Below are positions 15,001-29,903 of a DNA stretch of 64,000 bases, piece after piece. The stretch is from Yuukianura sp. NJ FZ-2021. Lineage: Eukaryota. The notes under the pieces are model-generated. The model was not told where the DNA came from and made no database searches. It saw only the letters and a program-made list of their open reading frames with translations. The DNA is taken from assembly GCA_046563655.1 (NCBI GenBank), contig CM102286.1, forward strand, positions 4,774,001-4,838,000. Reading direction: 5' to 3'. The stretch's first letter is position 1. Each line of letters opens with the position of its first letter. Both the position numbers and the translations under genes were made by a program.

Positions 15001-18000
15001 CTACTGTAAGTTAGGTTTTGGAAAGATATGTCCACTCCATTTAACTTAACTTTCTCTTTCCAAAACTTTATTCTGGAAGGTAATCGTGTCCAGCAGTTGG
15101 TAGTTTCTAAGTCTATCCGTACACACTAAACCAACGACCAACGAGATAGGGAAAGTAGCCGCCTCTCCCATATCCGACTGTCACTTGTAAAACTTTGGTC
15201 AGCCAAGGGGAAAGTCCTATTATCTATTTAATGTCTGTCAAGTCACAATGGACTTTACACCTCCCACTTCTTCCCCACACGCAAAACTAAACATTTCCAT
15301 TACCAAATATTACTTTCTCTACAATTTCATTATTTTAGTGTATAGTTACTCCCTCCAAAATTAAAAACTTTCACCCTAACATTCTATTTCATTATGACTG
15401 ACTCACGACTTACACATTCTTAGACACAAATTTCAAATTAAAAAATACCTCGCTTCAAATTCAGATTCAAAATCATTTTTTCGTAAATTGCTGTTCTAAT
15501 TTTTTTCAGTTTGTTAATTTTCTGTACAATTTTATTTTCACCAATTTTTTTCCCTGGAACTTGGAAGTGTATTGGCTGATGAAAAAATTGGATTTTTGCT
15601 TTCACCAAAGACGGAGCTTACATTTTTATAAGAATAGGATTGCCGTTTCAACTAAAAGCTTCTACGTGTATTTGGCTCAGTTTTCTCCTGCTATGATAGT
15701 GATAAATTTGAAGTCAGTTTTTTTTTCTTCTTGGGATTGGATTCGAAGGAACACAATAAAAGAAAATAAGAAATCAATCAAACTCCATAGGAAAAGTCAA
15801 TGGATTCCTTCGCTTCCCTTTCACTGCAAACGTCTAGTACGAGTGACTTATGGTAGCAAAGAGAAGACGACGACATTTCATTTAGAAGTCACCCCACGGC
15901 GACTCAGAGAAAATAATTTAGTTGACAGGTTGTGGACTTGGAAGGGAATGCAGTTATGACATGCGACTGCAATTGGATTCCCCCTTCCATTGCCTTCTAT
16001 TGTCCACATCCCGTCAATATTAATCCATTGTTTGGAAAATTGCATTATGACGAAAAACATTTTGAGCTTATTTATAAACCAAAAGGAAAAGTGCCAAGCC
16101 CTGCAGGAGATGACACTGGATGAACCGACATTGAATTTGAAATGAACATTTTCCTTTCATATAGAAAGGAAATTCTTGTTCCAGATTCCCTGTTTTTTAT
16201 GTTTGATTTTTTTGCACTTGAAGGAAGTAACTAAACGCGTGACGGTTTTTGCACTGGCGCGTTGACGGAAACGGAAGACTAGTTTAAAGTTAAGCATAGA
16301 TAGAATCTAGATTTATAAACAAAAGAGACACGTCATGCCATGTACCTGTCAGTTACAAACAAAAATCGAAACGAAACTGTTTTTCGTCGACTTCCTTTTT
16401 CTAATCTTTAGTACGCAGGATACGTTTCGTACCGATTTTTTTTAACTTTGAAATTTTCAATTTGTTCAACATCAAAAATGAAGTAGAAAAATCAGAAAAG
16501 CTCCAGGATAAAAATTTGCTCAAAAACTTCCAGAGGCGTATTGTCTATTTCTAAGAAATTTTTTTAGCCATTTGGTTTTCAAGTTTTTGAACAATCGCAC
16601 GGTAGTTTCAAGACCCAATAAAATCCAGTTCAAGTCAATCTCACTTCGATTTGAGGCCGTTAACAATTGAAGTTTGAAGTGAATTGACATCGCAATAACA
16701 TGAAAGTCAAATCCAATCCCCCCTACTTGTGCTGCGCGTCGTGCGATAGAATCTAAAACCCGCAAATGACGAGACAACTCATTTTTTATTACAAGCGTCG
16801 AACTTTTTCGTTTTTTTAAATCTGCAACACACGCTTCGCTATTATCCTTTTCACCAAGTTCAACCATTACGCTTACTACGCGCATGCATGCCCATGGTAC
16901 ATTAGTTTCAGTTACACAGATCTGGATATGATTGTTATAAATGCCAAACATAAGGTAAAAGAAACCAAAAACCCACGGAGTGAAACACGGCCGAGTTTAT
17001 CTCGAATCTTAATGTTCCTCTTACTATCATTTTCTATTTTCTAAATTGAGTACAGTGCAAGTCCTTTTCAAAAAAAAAAGTTCGAAAAAAAAATTCAATT
17101 CTTGAAACCACTTGAGCGTATCGGTGACATACAGCAAATGTTCCTCACTTTTTGCCATTTCGGGCATATAGATTTTCTTGAACAGCAGAAACGGAACTTT
17201 TTTGAGTTAAAGTCGCTCAAACTTTCTCCTTTTTCAAAAATTGTGACTAACGCTGTATGAAACGGAGAAACAAGAAACGATGGAATGGATAATTTGAAAG
17301 GAAAAGGGAAACAATAAAAGTTTTTAAGTTTGAAATGTTTAGAACAGAGCGAGTGAAGAGGGAAGTAAATGTCTTAAGTATATAAAATATTTTAGAAAGA
17401 CAAACTGCGTGACAAATAATTACTCTCATCTGGAGTGCTCTCAAAGGACACACGGAAGAGCTATTCTTAGCCCCTTTTCAAGCATCTTTAGCTTTTAGCA
17501 ACCAAATTCTCATCTTCCCTTAACATTTTCCAACGGTGGTGCTTCATCTTAAGCCGTAAGTCACCCAGTATAGCGGACGTAAGAGGATGCGCTCTCTCAA
17601 AAGTCTTTTCGAATCTTCACGGAGAAATGTTTCTTGAATTTTAATTTAAACAGCTTCTTCCATAATGAATTCTGGTTTTGTTCCTTTTCAACATTTTTGG
17701 AATTGCCATTTAAGTTTCGGCGGACTTTCAAGATGAAAAAGTCTCTTTCATCCCATTGTTACGTAACGTTAGGACAGGGAACTAAAGATTAATTTACGCT
17801 AAGGAAAGCTTATGGCAGGACAGATATGAACAACCCAGAAGAAGTTTCCATTTGTCCGGATTTTATTTGCAAAATGGCAGACTGCGTCTAGGAAGATTTC
17901 TTTTATCGACGGATCAACTACGAGAAGCGGAACAAATGACAAAAGGCGTTAGAGGAATATTTCATAGAAATACACACAAGCATCTTCAGAGTTACTATAT

Positions 18001-21000
18001 TATACTGTGTATTGTGTAGGCACATACACTATTCAATAGCAAGAAAATTTTTTGGAACCCCTCCAAGTATTTCCAACCAGAGCACTGATTTTTTTTCAAA
18101 AAAAAAAAGACAAAAATCTATCTAATGTAACCCTATGGAACACAAGGCAACAACGGTAGAGCGTAGAGTTCTAAATTTTGCACGCTCGCGCTTCTAATTG
18201 CTGCACATCACGAAATTTTTGCAGCACTTCAAAAAAAAATGAAGCCACAAAATAATGTGAACGCCTAAGGCATAACTTGACAAAAAAATTGTACCAACGC
18301 CTTGGGCGTCGTTTTTAAAAAACCGAATCTTCAAAGTTAGAAATGTTTTTGCGACAGGAAATTACTTTTCAATTTTTATTTTATCGAATTGAACTTCACA
18401 TTTTGAGCAATTTTTTTTAGAAAAAGGCATTGAGCCGTTAAAGGTGAAGGGAAAAGAAATAAATTGCAAAGTGAGCGGGGTGTTACGCTTCGTTTCCAGG
18501 AAAAGATGAAAACAAAAGAAAGTTTTGGCGTGTCTCCTGTGACATTAGAAGGGATTCAAGTTTTGTCCGTCTCTTAGCAACCGTTACTGCGTCTCTCCCT
18601 TCAGGACTAAGGCATATCCCCTTAGAATCCGTTGGAAATCAATCAAAAGCACAATGGCGGAAGCCTGTGAGCTTTTCCAATGGGATCTTGATATGTGTCG
18701 TTTCCTTCTTTAGGTATAAGTTCCCTTCCGCTTTCTAATCATGTGGCAGAAAGTTTAAACTTTCTGGAGCCACATATGTATAACTTTCCCTGCCACTTTC
18801 TATTGTTCTTGCTCACGAGAGTGCAGCGGAGCTTCAACTTTGTACTTTCCCTGTTTGAGCTCTTTACTACGTGCCCCAAAGCCAGTGTTGAAGACTAACA
18901 CAGTGGAGACTAAAAACGCTGTACGTCTATTTCTAATCATGCCGCTCATCCAAAGCACAAAGGAGTGTCGCCTACAAATGTCGTCTTAACCACAAAGGGA
19001 TAGTTTGGAGACATATGGAAATGGAATACAAAGGGACACTTTCCCTCACTAATCTCTCTCCATTTCTCTCCGACGTCCGATTCTCCGTCACTTGAGGACG
19101 GTAACGTATGCACCGAACTGCAACGCACTTAAACAACCTAACAATCCATAATTCGGGAATTCCCAAGTCCAAAACTGAGTGTCCAGACAGAATCACCCGC
19201 AAGCGCACTTCTATCCAAGTTCATAATTGACCGTCCAGAAGTGTCCAGTTACGCATTGGTCCTTGGTCCTTAGCCCCCCTGTCTTTGACCGCTTTCATTT
19301 TGTGTCAACTGGCTCATCGATCGCTGATCCCCAACTCTTACTTCACGTCCACCCATTCACATAACTTCACCCACACATATGGATGCTGGAACAAATGCTG
19401 GAAACATATCCAGTACTACTGCTGGAACCCATTCCAGGTTTCCAAAACAGTTGAGCGTTGATGAAATACAGCGTCCAATCCCACTGGTCCTCCTCCCCTT
19501 CACATCCTCCATGGACATTATTCTTGGCGCTTTCATTTAAATTCTCTCCTTGTCTACCTCTTTTCAACTCCAAGGATCCTCCTCCCAATGCCTCTCATCA
19601 TCATCAACAACCGTACGAACCATAGCCTAACTCACACTAATTACAGGCCAACTTCTCAGCCAAGTTCACAGGAAAGCCCTTAAGGGTACTTGGCAAGCAC
19701 AAGAAAGCCACAAAAAATCAAGATTTAATGTGGACGCTAAAAAACCGAAATCACAATTAAGCCATAAATATTCATCCAATTTCAAAGGCAATCATCTTCT
19801 TCTGTGCAGAACTTTAAAGTACAACTTTAAAGTAGTAAAATGATTTAGAACTTTTGAGTTATTGGTTCTTTGGATCATTAAGACTACTAGGTTAGACTTC
19901 GGCAACTTATTACACAGAGAGTTGCAACTTTTAAGGCAGAAAGGTCAATGACCTTTGCCAAACAGCCTCCGTTCTCACTGTTTTCATTAGTCTCCAACTT
20001 GAGATGTGGAGTATGTACACAGTAATTATCCCTTCCTCATCAATATGTTCATTTAGTTAAGAGAATCTACTAGGACTTGAACAAGAAGTTCAGAGAACTT
20101 TGGAAGCAAACTTTAAGTTGTAAAGTATACTTGAAAAAAGAATGGTTCAAGACAACGCAAGTTTCCATGCAATGTGTACCCGTGTATCTCCAACTTCCCA
20201 ACATTCGACAAAGTATACAGTGCCACAACCTCAGTTTTTTTGAACAAGTCTTTTTTCAAGTGTGTTCAAAGAACAAACATTTTGAAATACTTTTGCTCTT
20301 ACACTTTCAACATTTTTGTTCTCGGACATTTATTTGTGTACAACACGCAAACTGACGCCAACCTTTGTATTTTTTTTACTAGTGGACAGACTGATTTGCA
20401 ATAACTTCAAACACAATTCAAAATAATCTTGAGAAGATCTTAGGTTAAGTTTCACCTAGTAAATTTAAAAGCTCCAACTAAATTGTGTGTTGTTTTTTTT
20501 GAAAAACGCAAAACCATTCACTTTTAAACTCCACAAACAAAAGCAAAGCAAAATAATCTAGAAAATCTTAAGGTAAATGTCACCTTTTAAAAATTTAGCT
20601 CAAATTCTTGAACAAATTTCGTGAGCCCAGTAACAAATATAACGTGAATGTCACCTAAATTTAAAAATCCACCTCAAATGCCTCAAAACCCAAAAACTTT
20701 TCATAGTTTCAAACTCCATAACACGAAACCAATGGAAAAGGACTCTTTCAAAATTTTACCTCACTTACGTAACACGACGGTTACGCACCAAAAGTTCGAC
20801 CTTGAAAGAAATTGACTGCTACAAATGGCGGTAGAATTGATTACGGTCCTAACCATATTCCATGTGGTTTTGGTGAACTTTCCTAATTCCTACGTTAGTA
20901 AGATTGATTCAGGAACAGGAAAAGGGGGTAGTTTCTGTTGAGGAAGGCTCATTTCCAACCAGAAATTCCCTTTAATGTTAGGTTTTGGTAGGTTTAAGAT

Positions 21001-24000
21001 TTATGAGTTGACGTTCTAATAAAACCACACCCATGTAAAACAAGGGAATTGGGCTCTTATGGTTCTCGTTTCCAGCCAACTGGATCCTTCTCGGAGTGCC
21101 CTTTAATAACTTCCAACGCGAATGTCGTCATGTCGTCAACCGCCTTCAGAATAAAGAACGAATTGAAACGAGAGTTCCAACGCTTGGAGAGTTTAACAGA
21201 CGACGATGCAAGCATGAACTCATAACCTAAAAGCACCTTGCGAGTCCTCACGGAGTCCTTTGAGCTCAACTGAAGAGAGATTAAGGGGTCTCTACATATG
21301 GAACCTTTGGAAGCGTGACATTTCTGGAAGAGACGCTTTATGATGATCTACTATTTACTTTCGCTGTACACTTTCGTATATAAGGGAGAGTGGTGAAACT
21401 TAAATCAGAGAAGATGAACAGGGAGAAAGGGAATTGTCCCCTCAAGACAAGAAATCTTTCCAACCTAACCTAACCAAGGAGACATATATCACTTCCTTCC
21501 TAGTCGACAAAGACATAACGACAGACACACACACACACTACAACACTTTCACTACTTTCATAATGAAATGAAGGACTTAACTCTAGAGAATTGAGATTTC
21601 GAACCTAACATGGAACTGGTGAAAGATCTCCAAGATTTAACCCTAACCATGCAGGGAGAAAGTTCGTGGAAGGGAGAAAGTTCACGTTAAGGATAAATGC
21701 AAATCTACTTAAAGTCCATACGAGTTCTTCCCCTCCTCCCTTATGCTTTATTCCCTGTTGTGATGCCTACTCTGGAATCCATTTCATTATTCAATTCATC
21801 TTTAAATGGAACTTGTCCTTATGTCAACAAAAGACGCTTCCCAGAACTTCTTTGGCACCATTCAACGCAATTCACTTGCTCTCTAAACTTTCTGTATACA
21901 CAGACTAAAACTTGCAAACTTAATTCTCAAGTTACTTCAAGTACTGCACCAGCACATACGTTATGCTCCTGGCTGGGGATAAGGAACTGCATGTGGAATT
22001 ACACTTGAGCACACACCAGGCACTGTGTGGCCTTTAATCCACCAACATAAATTTAACTTCAAATCTTATCCTCCGCGTACTCGGCAGGGAACATCGTTTG
22101 TACAAAAAAAAACGAAATTGAAATTTTTTTTTGGAAAAAAAATATCCAAGCACAGCTTTAACTTTACCAACTTTGTAACGCGGGAACACTAAAACTAAGT
22201 TTTAGAAAGTGATTCGTTTTTTATTGTTTGCCGATTTTAGCTTAAAAAACATACCGTATTGTTCCGTGTCCCAAATTTGTGCAAAAGTTTGTAACTTTTT
22301 TTTGTTTATTCACTTCCCCTACTCTCACTATGCTTAGAAGCAGTTACTCATTAAACCATTTCCTAGAAAAAGTTTTCTCCTAGCCTCTTTTTTTGAAAAC
22401 TTTGTTTACTTTTTACTTTACTCAATATAAAAGTGTTTCATCGTGATTCTTAAGTGGAGATCCTGAAATGCTCACTTTCAAAAAAAACTAATGCAAATAG
22501 TAGTACTAAACAGCATCGAGAGTGTAGTAAAATGAAAGTTTGAGTTGAGTAAGAAGAAGAAAGCTTTTCAACCGGTAATTGATACTTTTCCCAAATTGAA
22601 AAATGGAGGAAGTGTGCCTTTCCAGGTCCTTGAGGCTTCAAGAAAAAAAAGTGGAGCTTTCGTAAGTTTGAGACAGCAGACGAGAGAAAACCGTCTTATG
22701 AACTATGGCTTTCCAAAGTAATGAATATTTTAGTTTCCAAATTTTCGGAAAATTGTGAAAAGCTTGGAAGCACACACGACCACTCCATGTTGTTATGGGC
22801 TTATCTATTTTTTAAATTTAGTCAATTCTTCCATTTTCTTTAAAAGTTAAACACGTCCTTGCTTCAAAACCTGCCCATTTCTTGTTAAATGACAAAGAAA
22901 TATTACGTATCCGTGGAATATCAAATTTTGAAGTTTCGGTAATCAATTCAATGTGCTTGGAAGTAAACAATAGTGGCATTAGGACTAGGATATGACGGAG
23001 AGCTTTATTAATTATGTATTGTTACGACTTTCACGTTTCGGTATGACTAAGCAACACAGTTCGATTTTTTCGTACAATACTTCTCCACCCCTGTTTTTTC
23101 TGTTACAACTTTATGTATTTTTACACACCAAAAGTGTTTAAAACCCGCGTTTTAAAAAAATTAAACAATTTTTTTTTCATTCTTTCAATTTAGAAATTTC
23201 GGAATTTTTAATTTGAAGTAAAATATTCAACAAGTTCAATCTATGACGAAATTGCGATAAAATTACTAAACTTGGACAGACAAAATTTTGTCTAAACTGA
23301 AATTTTGATTCTTTCTCTACACCAATCATTGAAAAAATAAACTAAAAAACGTTTTTCTGTTTTTAATAAACAAAGAAAATGAGTAATGTCAGAAAGTTAT
23401 TGAAGCAAGGAAGCGCGTATTACATTTCTGCTTGTTTTGCTTGTTAAAATATACAAAATGGTTTTTATGAGAAAACTTTTTTTGAGACAAGGCGATGACT
23501 GCTGTGCCTCCTAAACCCTTCACTTTCTAAGTTTCTAGTTAGCACTATACGTTTTATGTTGAATATTTTACTAGAAAAAGACTGATTTGAAAAGACAGAC
23601 AAGCAGCAAGCTAGTTAGTTCCTAGAAAAAAGAAGTTTTGCTATACTGAAATCTTATAGTATGAAAAAAGTTAGGTTAGGGAAGTCGTAATTGGGCCTCT
23701 CGTCGTCATTTCTTGTCATTTCACTTTCTCTTCACTTTTACTCTTTTGATAAAAACTTGGTCCATACTTACAGAACATCACCCAATTTTCGTTCCTTTTC
23801 TCCCAACTATTTATGTTGTACTTTTCAAAAAAAGTTTTCCACGAAGGTTCCTGCCTCTGCCTTGACATGCCTGATGCAGAAAAATATTTCTTTTTGCTAA
23901 GACATTTATTATTGAAAAGTTGTGAACAGCAAAAGAGACTTTTCGAAACACGCCCAAGACCTTTACTTTTTTTTTACTTCCGTCGTACTGTCGAACTTAT

Positions 24001-27000
24001 AAAAAAAAACTCTCTTTTTCTTCATCACTAAATCCAATGATCCAATCCAATATTTCTTAATATCCTTTGAGAAAACAGAAAAATCTCTACGGAAGATGAG
24101 TTCCATCTGTCCTAGTAACCAGTAATAGTTAAACCCCTTTCTACCTAACGTAACAGCACAAACTTGTGCTGCACAACACCAAAACCTTGTTCCAAAGAGA
24201 TTTTCGAAACAAGATTTCTTCATCTTCCGAAAAGATCATTATTGGCCCAAGTCCATCTTCCAAGACGCACGCAGGGGAGCGACAGATTAATGACACAGTT
24301 TGACCCCAATGGGGTCAAGGGAGGGGTTTCCAGCTTCAAGGGTTCCCCCAGCGGAAGGGGAGCCCTTATTTATGGCCCTTATGAACCACAGCCGTATATG
24401 GCACTTCTAACATGTACTACCTTTAGTTTTCCATTAATGGTTCTGCGGGGTTACAAGTCGTCAGCGTAGTCCTTAGACTCAACCACAATAGACCCAAGAA
24501 ATCATCCTGTTTTCAAACCATTACCAAACTTCTCAATAATAATTATTCTTTGTGCGTTTTGGTGCGTTTGTTCCCTCTTAATGGCCCCCTCTGCCCCCCG
24601 TTCATCATTTTGAGTTGTTTCCAGAAACGTTTTTTGTGTAGTTTCTCAGCCCTCCTGTGGAAACCTTCAAATGCCATTTTTTGTTTGTAAAAATTTCGAT
24701 TCCAAACGTCTTTCTGGAACGTTGACAAAAGGCAATTTCCGTTTCTTATACTCAAAATTTTCGAGAACCGAAAAAAAAGGAAATACCAAATCAAAATACC
24801 AAAAAGTACACGGGGTGTAATGTGGTTTTGTCCCAGTTTTATATTATTTGAAAAAAGACAATGGCATCCCAACGGTAACTCACTCCCAAAGTTGACAGAC
24901 GCTTGTTTTTCCACTCTGACAGAAAAGAAATTCGCTAGACAAGAATTTTTTGCGTAGGTTGAAAAGTACTGGCGAATTTTGGGGTTTGCATTAGATTTGA
25001 ATTCTTTTGGGAAGACTTTTGAGACAGAAAGCGTATAGCATAGCAGCCATGACTATCCAAAATACGTTATCCAGAAACAGTGATGTATAAATGTCGAGTG
25101 GCTACGAAAAAGCATACGGAAACTTGACAATATACGACTCTCGCGTACATGTGATATTTGCACTCTCATTTTTTCTCTGTTCTATCTGGCAGCAAGAAGC
25201 TAAAGGTTATAATTTTGTTTTAGAATTCCAGTTTAGAACGAGCAAACCACGGAGTGTCTCCGATGCCAAAATTAATTTTAAATGGCTTCCTGACACTTTG
25301 TGCCTAATTAATCAGGACGGACTTAAAACTGAGTCTCAGCATCCAATTTAAATATTAATGGAACCATGAATCTACTACAGAGAACTTTGCATCTTTATAC
25401 ATGAACTTACATTGGTAGTGGAAAACTAAACCAAGCTACAGTAATTCAATCACCATCTGAATTACTTCTGAAGAACTTCAAAACAGAAAAAGTTACTTTT
25501 GGAAAGAAAAATGTTTTAAATGAAATTGTTTTTCTAAAACATTAAAAAATCTATGTGCAACAATTCTTTTTGATTTCAAAAAGTAGTTTTAAGACCCATA
25601 TTTCACTGGGACAGGACAGCCGTTTTGTTACGCCACCGTCGCTTGTCACTCTTCGGGTCATTGCTCTCAACGCATTAAAATGTGTCTAATGCTTCTTATA
25701 CAACTTTCGAAAGTAAAAATTACCCCATGCGGTCAAATGTTATCCTGCATATACAAAAAGTGGGCCATTCAGGTCAGGGGTCAACTTCGTACGTTACATA
25801 ACGTGCGATACCATAAGTCTAACATAAAGAAATTCTTAGTTTATGCAAGTAAACACTATCACTCCAAAAATTTGAACAAAAACAGAAAAGAAAATCGTAG
25901 TCACAATATTCGTCTATAATTAACCTCATCGATGTGATGTAAGTGGAAAGCGATTTACGACATCTGCACCCATCAAAACCATTTCATCAGACTCAAAATT
26001 TCTGCGAATCTCGAAATTTCGAATCCTTTAAACATTGGAATGTTTAGGTGAAACAAAAACACTAAAGTTCAGATTCCAAGAATTTGAAAAGGAAATGAAT
26101 CATGAATTCTTGCCTCCTTTTCCATCTCTGCTTCTGATCTCGATGGGAAGGAAATGAAGGGAGGGAAAATTTAATTCATTGAAGCCATTATTTTTAAGTT
26201 TCAAATGTGAAAGAAAAAATAAGCAAAGGCAGAGGAAGTTGGCTTCAAATTAATAGTTTCCATACACATACCGCACCTTGTAGATTACACAAATCAGATT
26301 CTTAATTATGTTGAAAGCACATAAAAATAAAATGCACATAAAAAGAAAAGCACATGCGATTTTAATCATCAATTAAAACTACTTTACTTTAAGAAAAAGC
26401 ATAAACGGCTTTAGTAAATTTAAGCTCATACACCTGAACCACTCAAAATCCAATTCCAAATCTACTTCCAAGGACAATTCCAAAAAAAATATGACAAATA
26501 AAAACGAAATGTGTCATACGCATCTCCGAACAATGGAAAATTGTCCTTCGACTATTCAAATACAAAAAAAAACGCAAAAAAATGTTAAGTTTTGAAAATT
26601 AAAAAAATCATAAATCAAGTAAAAAAAAAACAAATTCTAATAAAAAATTTAACAGCCCAACTTTTTTGTCCTACATAGAAAACTTAAAGGAAATGGTAAT
26701 GTTGCAATAACAATTTGACTTAAATAATGTTATACACAAAACAGGTTAAGTACTAAATTGCAGTTGTCAAAACCTCTAAACATGATTCTGATCAAGCATC
26801 TCTTCGTGATGTAGAATACCAAAGTAGTAATAATTTATACAATTAATTAACAGCTTGGATCTAATAATTCAAAAACTACAATTTCCTACAAAATAGTACA
26901 ATATGTACTACTGGATTTGGTTTGCATAGATTCCTGGACTGCATCCAGCAGAATACCAAAAGCATAGTCGCAGGTTCTAAAGGAAGTTCCAAATCGATTG

Positions 27001-29903
27001 AAATATAAATCTTTAGAGTGGTTACTTGATCACGTCCCTATGTTCCCTACAGTTCGTTTTTACGCAACAAAAAAGTATGAAATTATGCTCTGCCCCTATT
27101 TTTCAAATTCAAAATTGACCAAAAGTGCTATATAGTTGCACTTGTTAAAATTCAAGAATAGCAATAATAACAATGGACTAATGGAAAGTTGAAGATGATG
27201 GAGAGAGTTCCCGCAGTGTTCTTAAGGCAGTGCTCAGGATGCTGGTGTTACGTTGATTATATTGAACCGGTTTTTTTTCAAACTTTTTTCAAACTTTTTT
27301 TTTGAAGATGAAGAAGGAAGACAAGGGAGAGATGTTAAGGGGGAGGAGACTTTCTTTCCATTGTGTTCGCCAGAAGAATAGGAAAAAAGATGCACTATAC
27401 TATTTTTTTATTATTATTATGGAAAGCGGGCCTTGAAACTTCAAGGTTAGATGGACATAATGGAAGAATATCCATGTTAACTTTTTTATAAAACGCGAGT
27501 CCAAAGCCTCATTTAAAAATTTTAACAACCCTGTATGTGTGCCTTTATAACTTTTTTCGAATTACACTTAACTATAAGGGTATTGTTAAGCTTAAAATTT
27601 CGGACTTAGCGTCCTAGTATAACAACTTCACAACAATGTTACAAGCGCTCTGATGCAATAAAAAGGCTTATACTAGCCTATTGTTGTCAAACCAAAAGGT
27701 AAGTCATGCTTCATCCATTCTCAAAATGATGACTTGCCACAAACTCTTGCGTCTTGCCACACTATCTCCTCCATCATCAACCTCACAAAATAATGTTTAA
27801 GTGGTTATGTTGCTAAACTTTTAGAAAAAATACTAAAGTAATGCAACAACCTTTGCCATTATTCTACTGGACATGACAATTTTTGGCTGAACTTACTAGC
27901 AAAAAAGTCAAAGTTTACTTAACCTACGATCACGTTTCACACAAAAGTTGAAGTTGTACATGGACGTGGAAGGTTGTAAGTTAGACCTGTTATTCCGCTT
28001 TTTCAGTTAATTATTCTCCAGTGAAACAAACTTGGGCTATAACATGTTAAGACTTAAAAGTCATTTTGTGTTAAGTGTGTTTCTTTTCCTTAAAAGGAAA
28101 TAAAGGGTGGAGTAAACTGTCACAAATGGGAAACGATGCCTTCCAGCATCTTATAATTACGCCATATACCAGGGGAGGGTCAGGTTTTGTTATAAAAAGC
28201 TTTTTCATGGCAGTCTAAAACGTAATAAACCTCTAAGGTTTTAGAAACAAAAAAATTATCCAAAAAGAATTAAACAAATTTCAAATTCACAAATTTACAA
28301 AACTTCCAGACACAAAATGTAGCGAATTTCAAGAAAAAACTCAAACTCAATTTTCGTGTAAGTTCGCTAGAAATTTCTTTAGTAAACAAAGTTCTAATTA
28401 ACAAATTTAAAAGTTTACATAAAATGCGAGGAATTTGAAGAAAACTAAAATTTTAGTATAGTTCAAGCATAAATTCCTTCCGTATGCAGATACAGTATTT
28501 AGAAAACGGAATTTATAAAAATAGTAAGTTTGAAGAAAATTCACTTTTCTTTTATGTTTTACGCAGAAAGTTTTCTGGTAAATATAGTTCGATTTTTACG
28601 TTACATTTATGAATAGAAATTCTAGTGAATTTGAAAAAAGTTCAAATTTTGAGTAAGTCAAGCGGAAGTTACTTTTGCATTTTTCATACAGATTAACAAA
28701 CAAAGAATTTCCAACTCAAGTGTTTCGCACCTACGTTTTCGCAGCAAAAAAGTACACGTCTAATGTTGTAACTTGCTAATTATAAAATTTAACTTTTGAA
28801 ATTATGATGAACGTAAACTTTGAGCAGAAGTTTTCGCACATGAGGCTGACTAAACAAAAAGAAATGCTGTGAATACTAAACCTTCTAAAATTATCTAACT
28901 GGAAATTGCAAGGAATCGTTCACCTTTAGTAAACAGGCGGAAGATATTCCGGAAGACGTTTATTAACTCCTACAATCCACAAAAAAAAAACTATAATCAT
29001 AGCGTTGATTTGTTCAGCTGCAGCTTGTCCTGTTTATTCCCTGGGAAGGCCCTTACGTTAGACAGTTGCATTTTTTCTCTTTTAGATTTTGAAGATTTCA
29101 TATAATTAACGTTGTTTTCTTTGAAATTCTAACCGTACCGTGTGAAGTTTCCTTCCAGCAGTTGAAGGAAAATGTACAAAGCGTATAGCTACTAGCTAAA
29201 AAGCGTCTCCGCCTCAATTATAATTGCAATCAGTCAGGAACATCACGTCAACCTAAAGTTCAATAACAGAAGCAACTTCTCAAAAGTCAACAGAACTGTT
29301 GAAACCCCATGCATGTCGGCTAAATTAAAAAAGAAAATGGAAGGGATCCCCTGCTCCATCAATGCCAATCCCAAAGGAAAAGTCGGAGGAGCAAATTTCA
29401 ATGCAAATTCGAATTTTTCATCTTCACTTTCTCCAGAACAGGTTTTGAGACTGGGGTTTCAAGATGCACTTGGCATTTTTTCTTTAGTTTTAAATTTTTG
29501 TTGTTCCTACTGTTAAAAAATGTCAGAACAAACGAATAAATTCTGTACCTCCTGCCTGATCCTGTCAAAAATTTCATTCTCAACTAAATCCGGGAAGATA
29601 ACTTGATAAACTTTTCTTTTAATCCAACTTCGAAGCTTTATTTTTTAAGCTTTCAATCAGTTAAAACCTCCAACAGTAAATGAAATGCACCATCCGAAAC
29701 CTCATTTTCTACTAATCGAGAGTTAATAACGCTCAATTTTCGTATGCACAAGAAAGTATATTAAATTAAAGTGTATGCATGCCAAAAATCTGCGTTTTTG
29801 GAAAACATGACTGAATTTTGGCAAATTTCAAAATGAACAGAAGCTGAAGTAGCGTTAGCGTAACAGAAAAAGGAGAATAGAGAAATTTAAAAACGTTGCT
29901 TAC

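Noticed and set aside
16272..16290. GGAAGACTAGT, resembling the start of miR-7
   Set aside because: The match stops after 11 nt and there is no precursor hairpin.
21461..21478. CCTAA/TTAGG telomere-like pentamers (also near 23670)
   Set aside because: Only 2-3 units; expected by chance.
435..29583. ORF-track ORFs in the first 30 kb, for example 4490-4999 (169 aa) and 16520-16951 (143 aa)
   Set aside because: F/K/L/S-rich translations typical of AT-rich non-coding DNA; many use non-ATG starts; no recognisable motifs or consistent splice chains.
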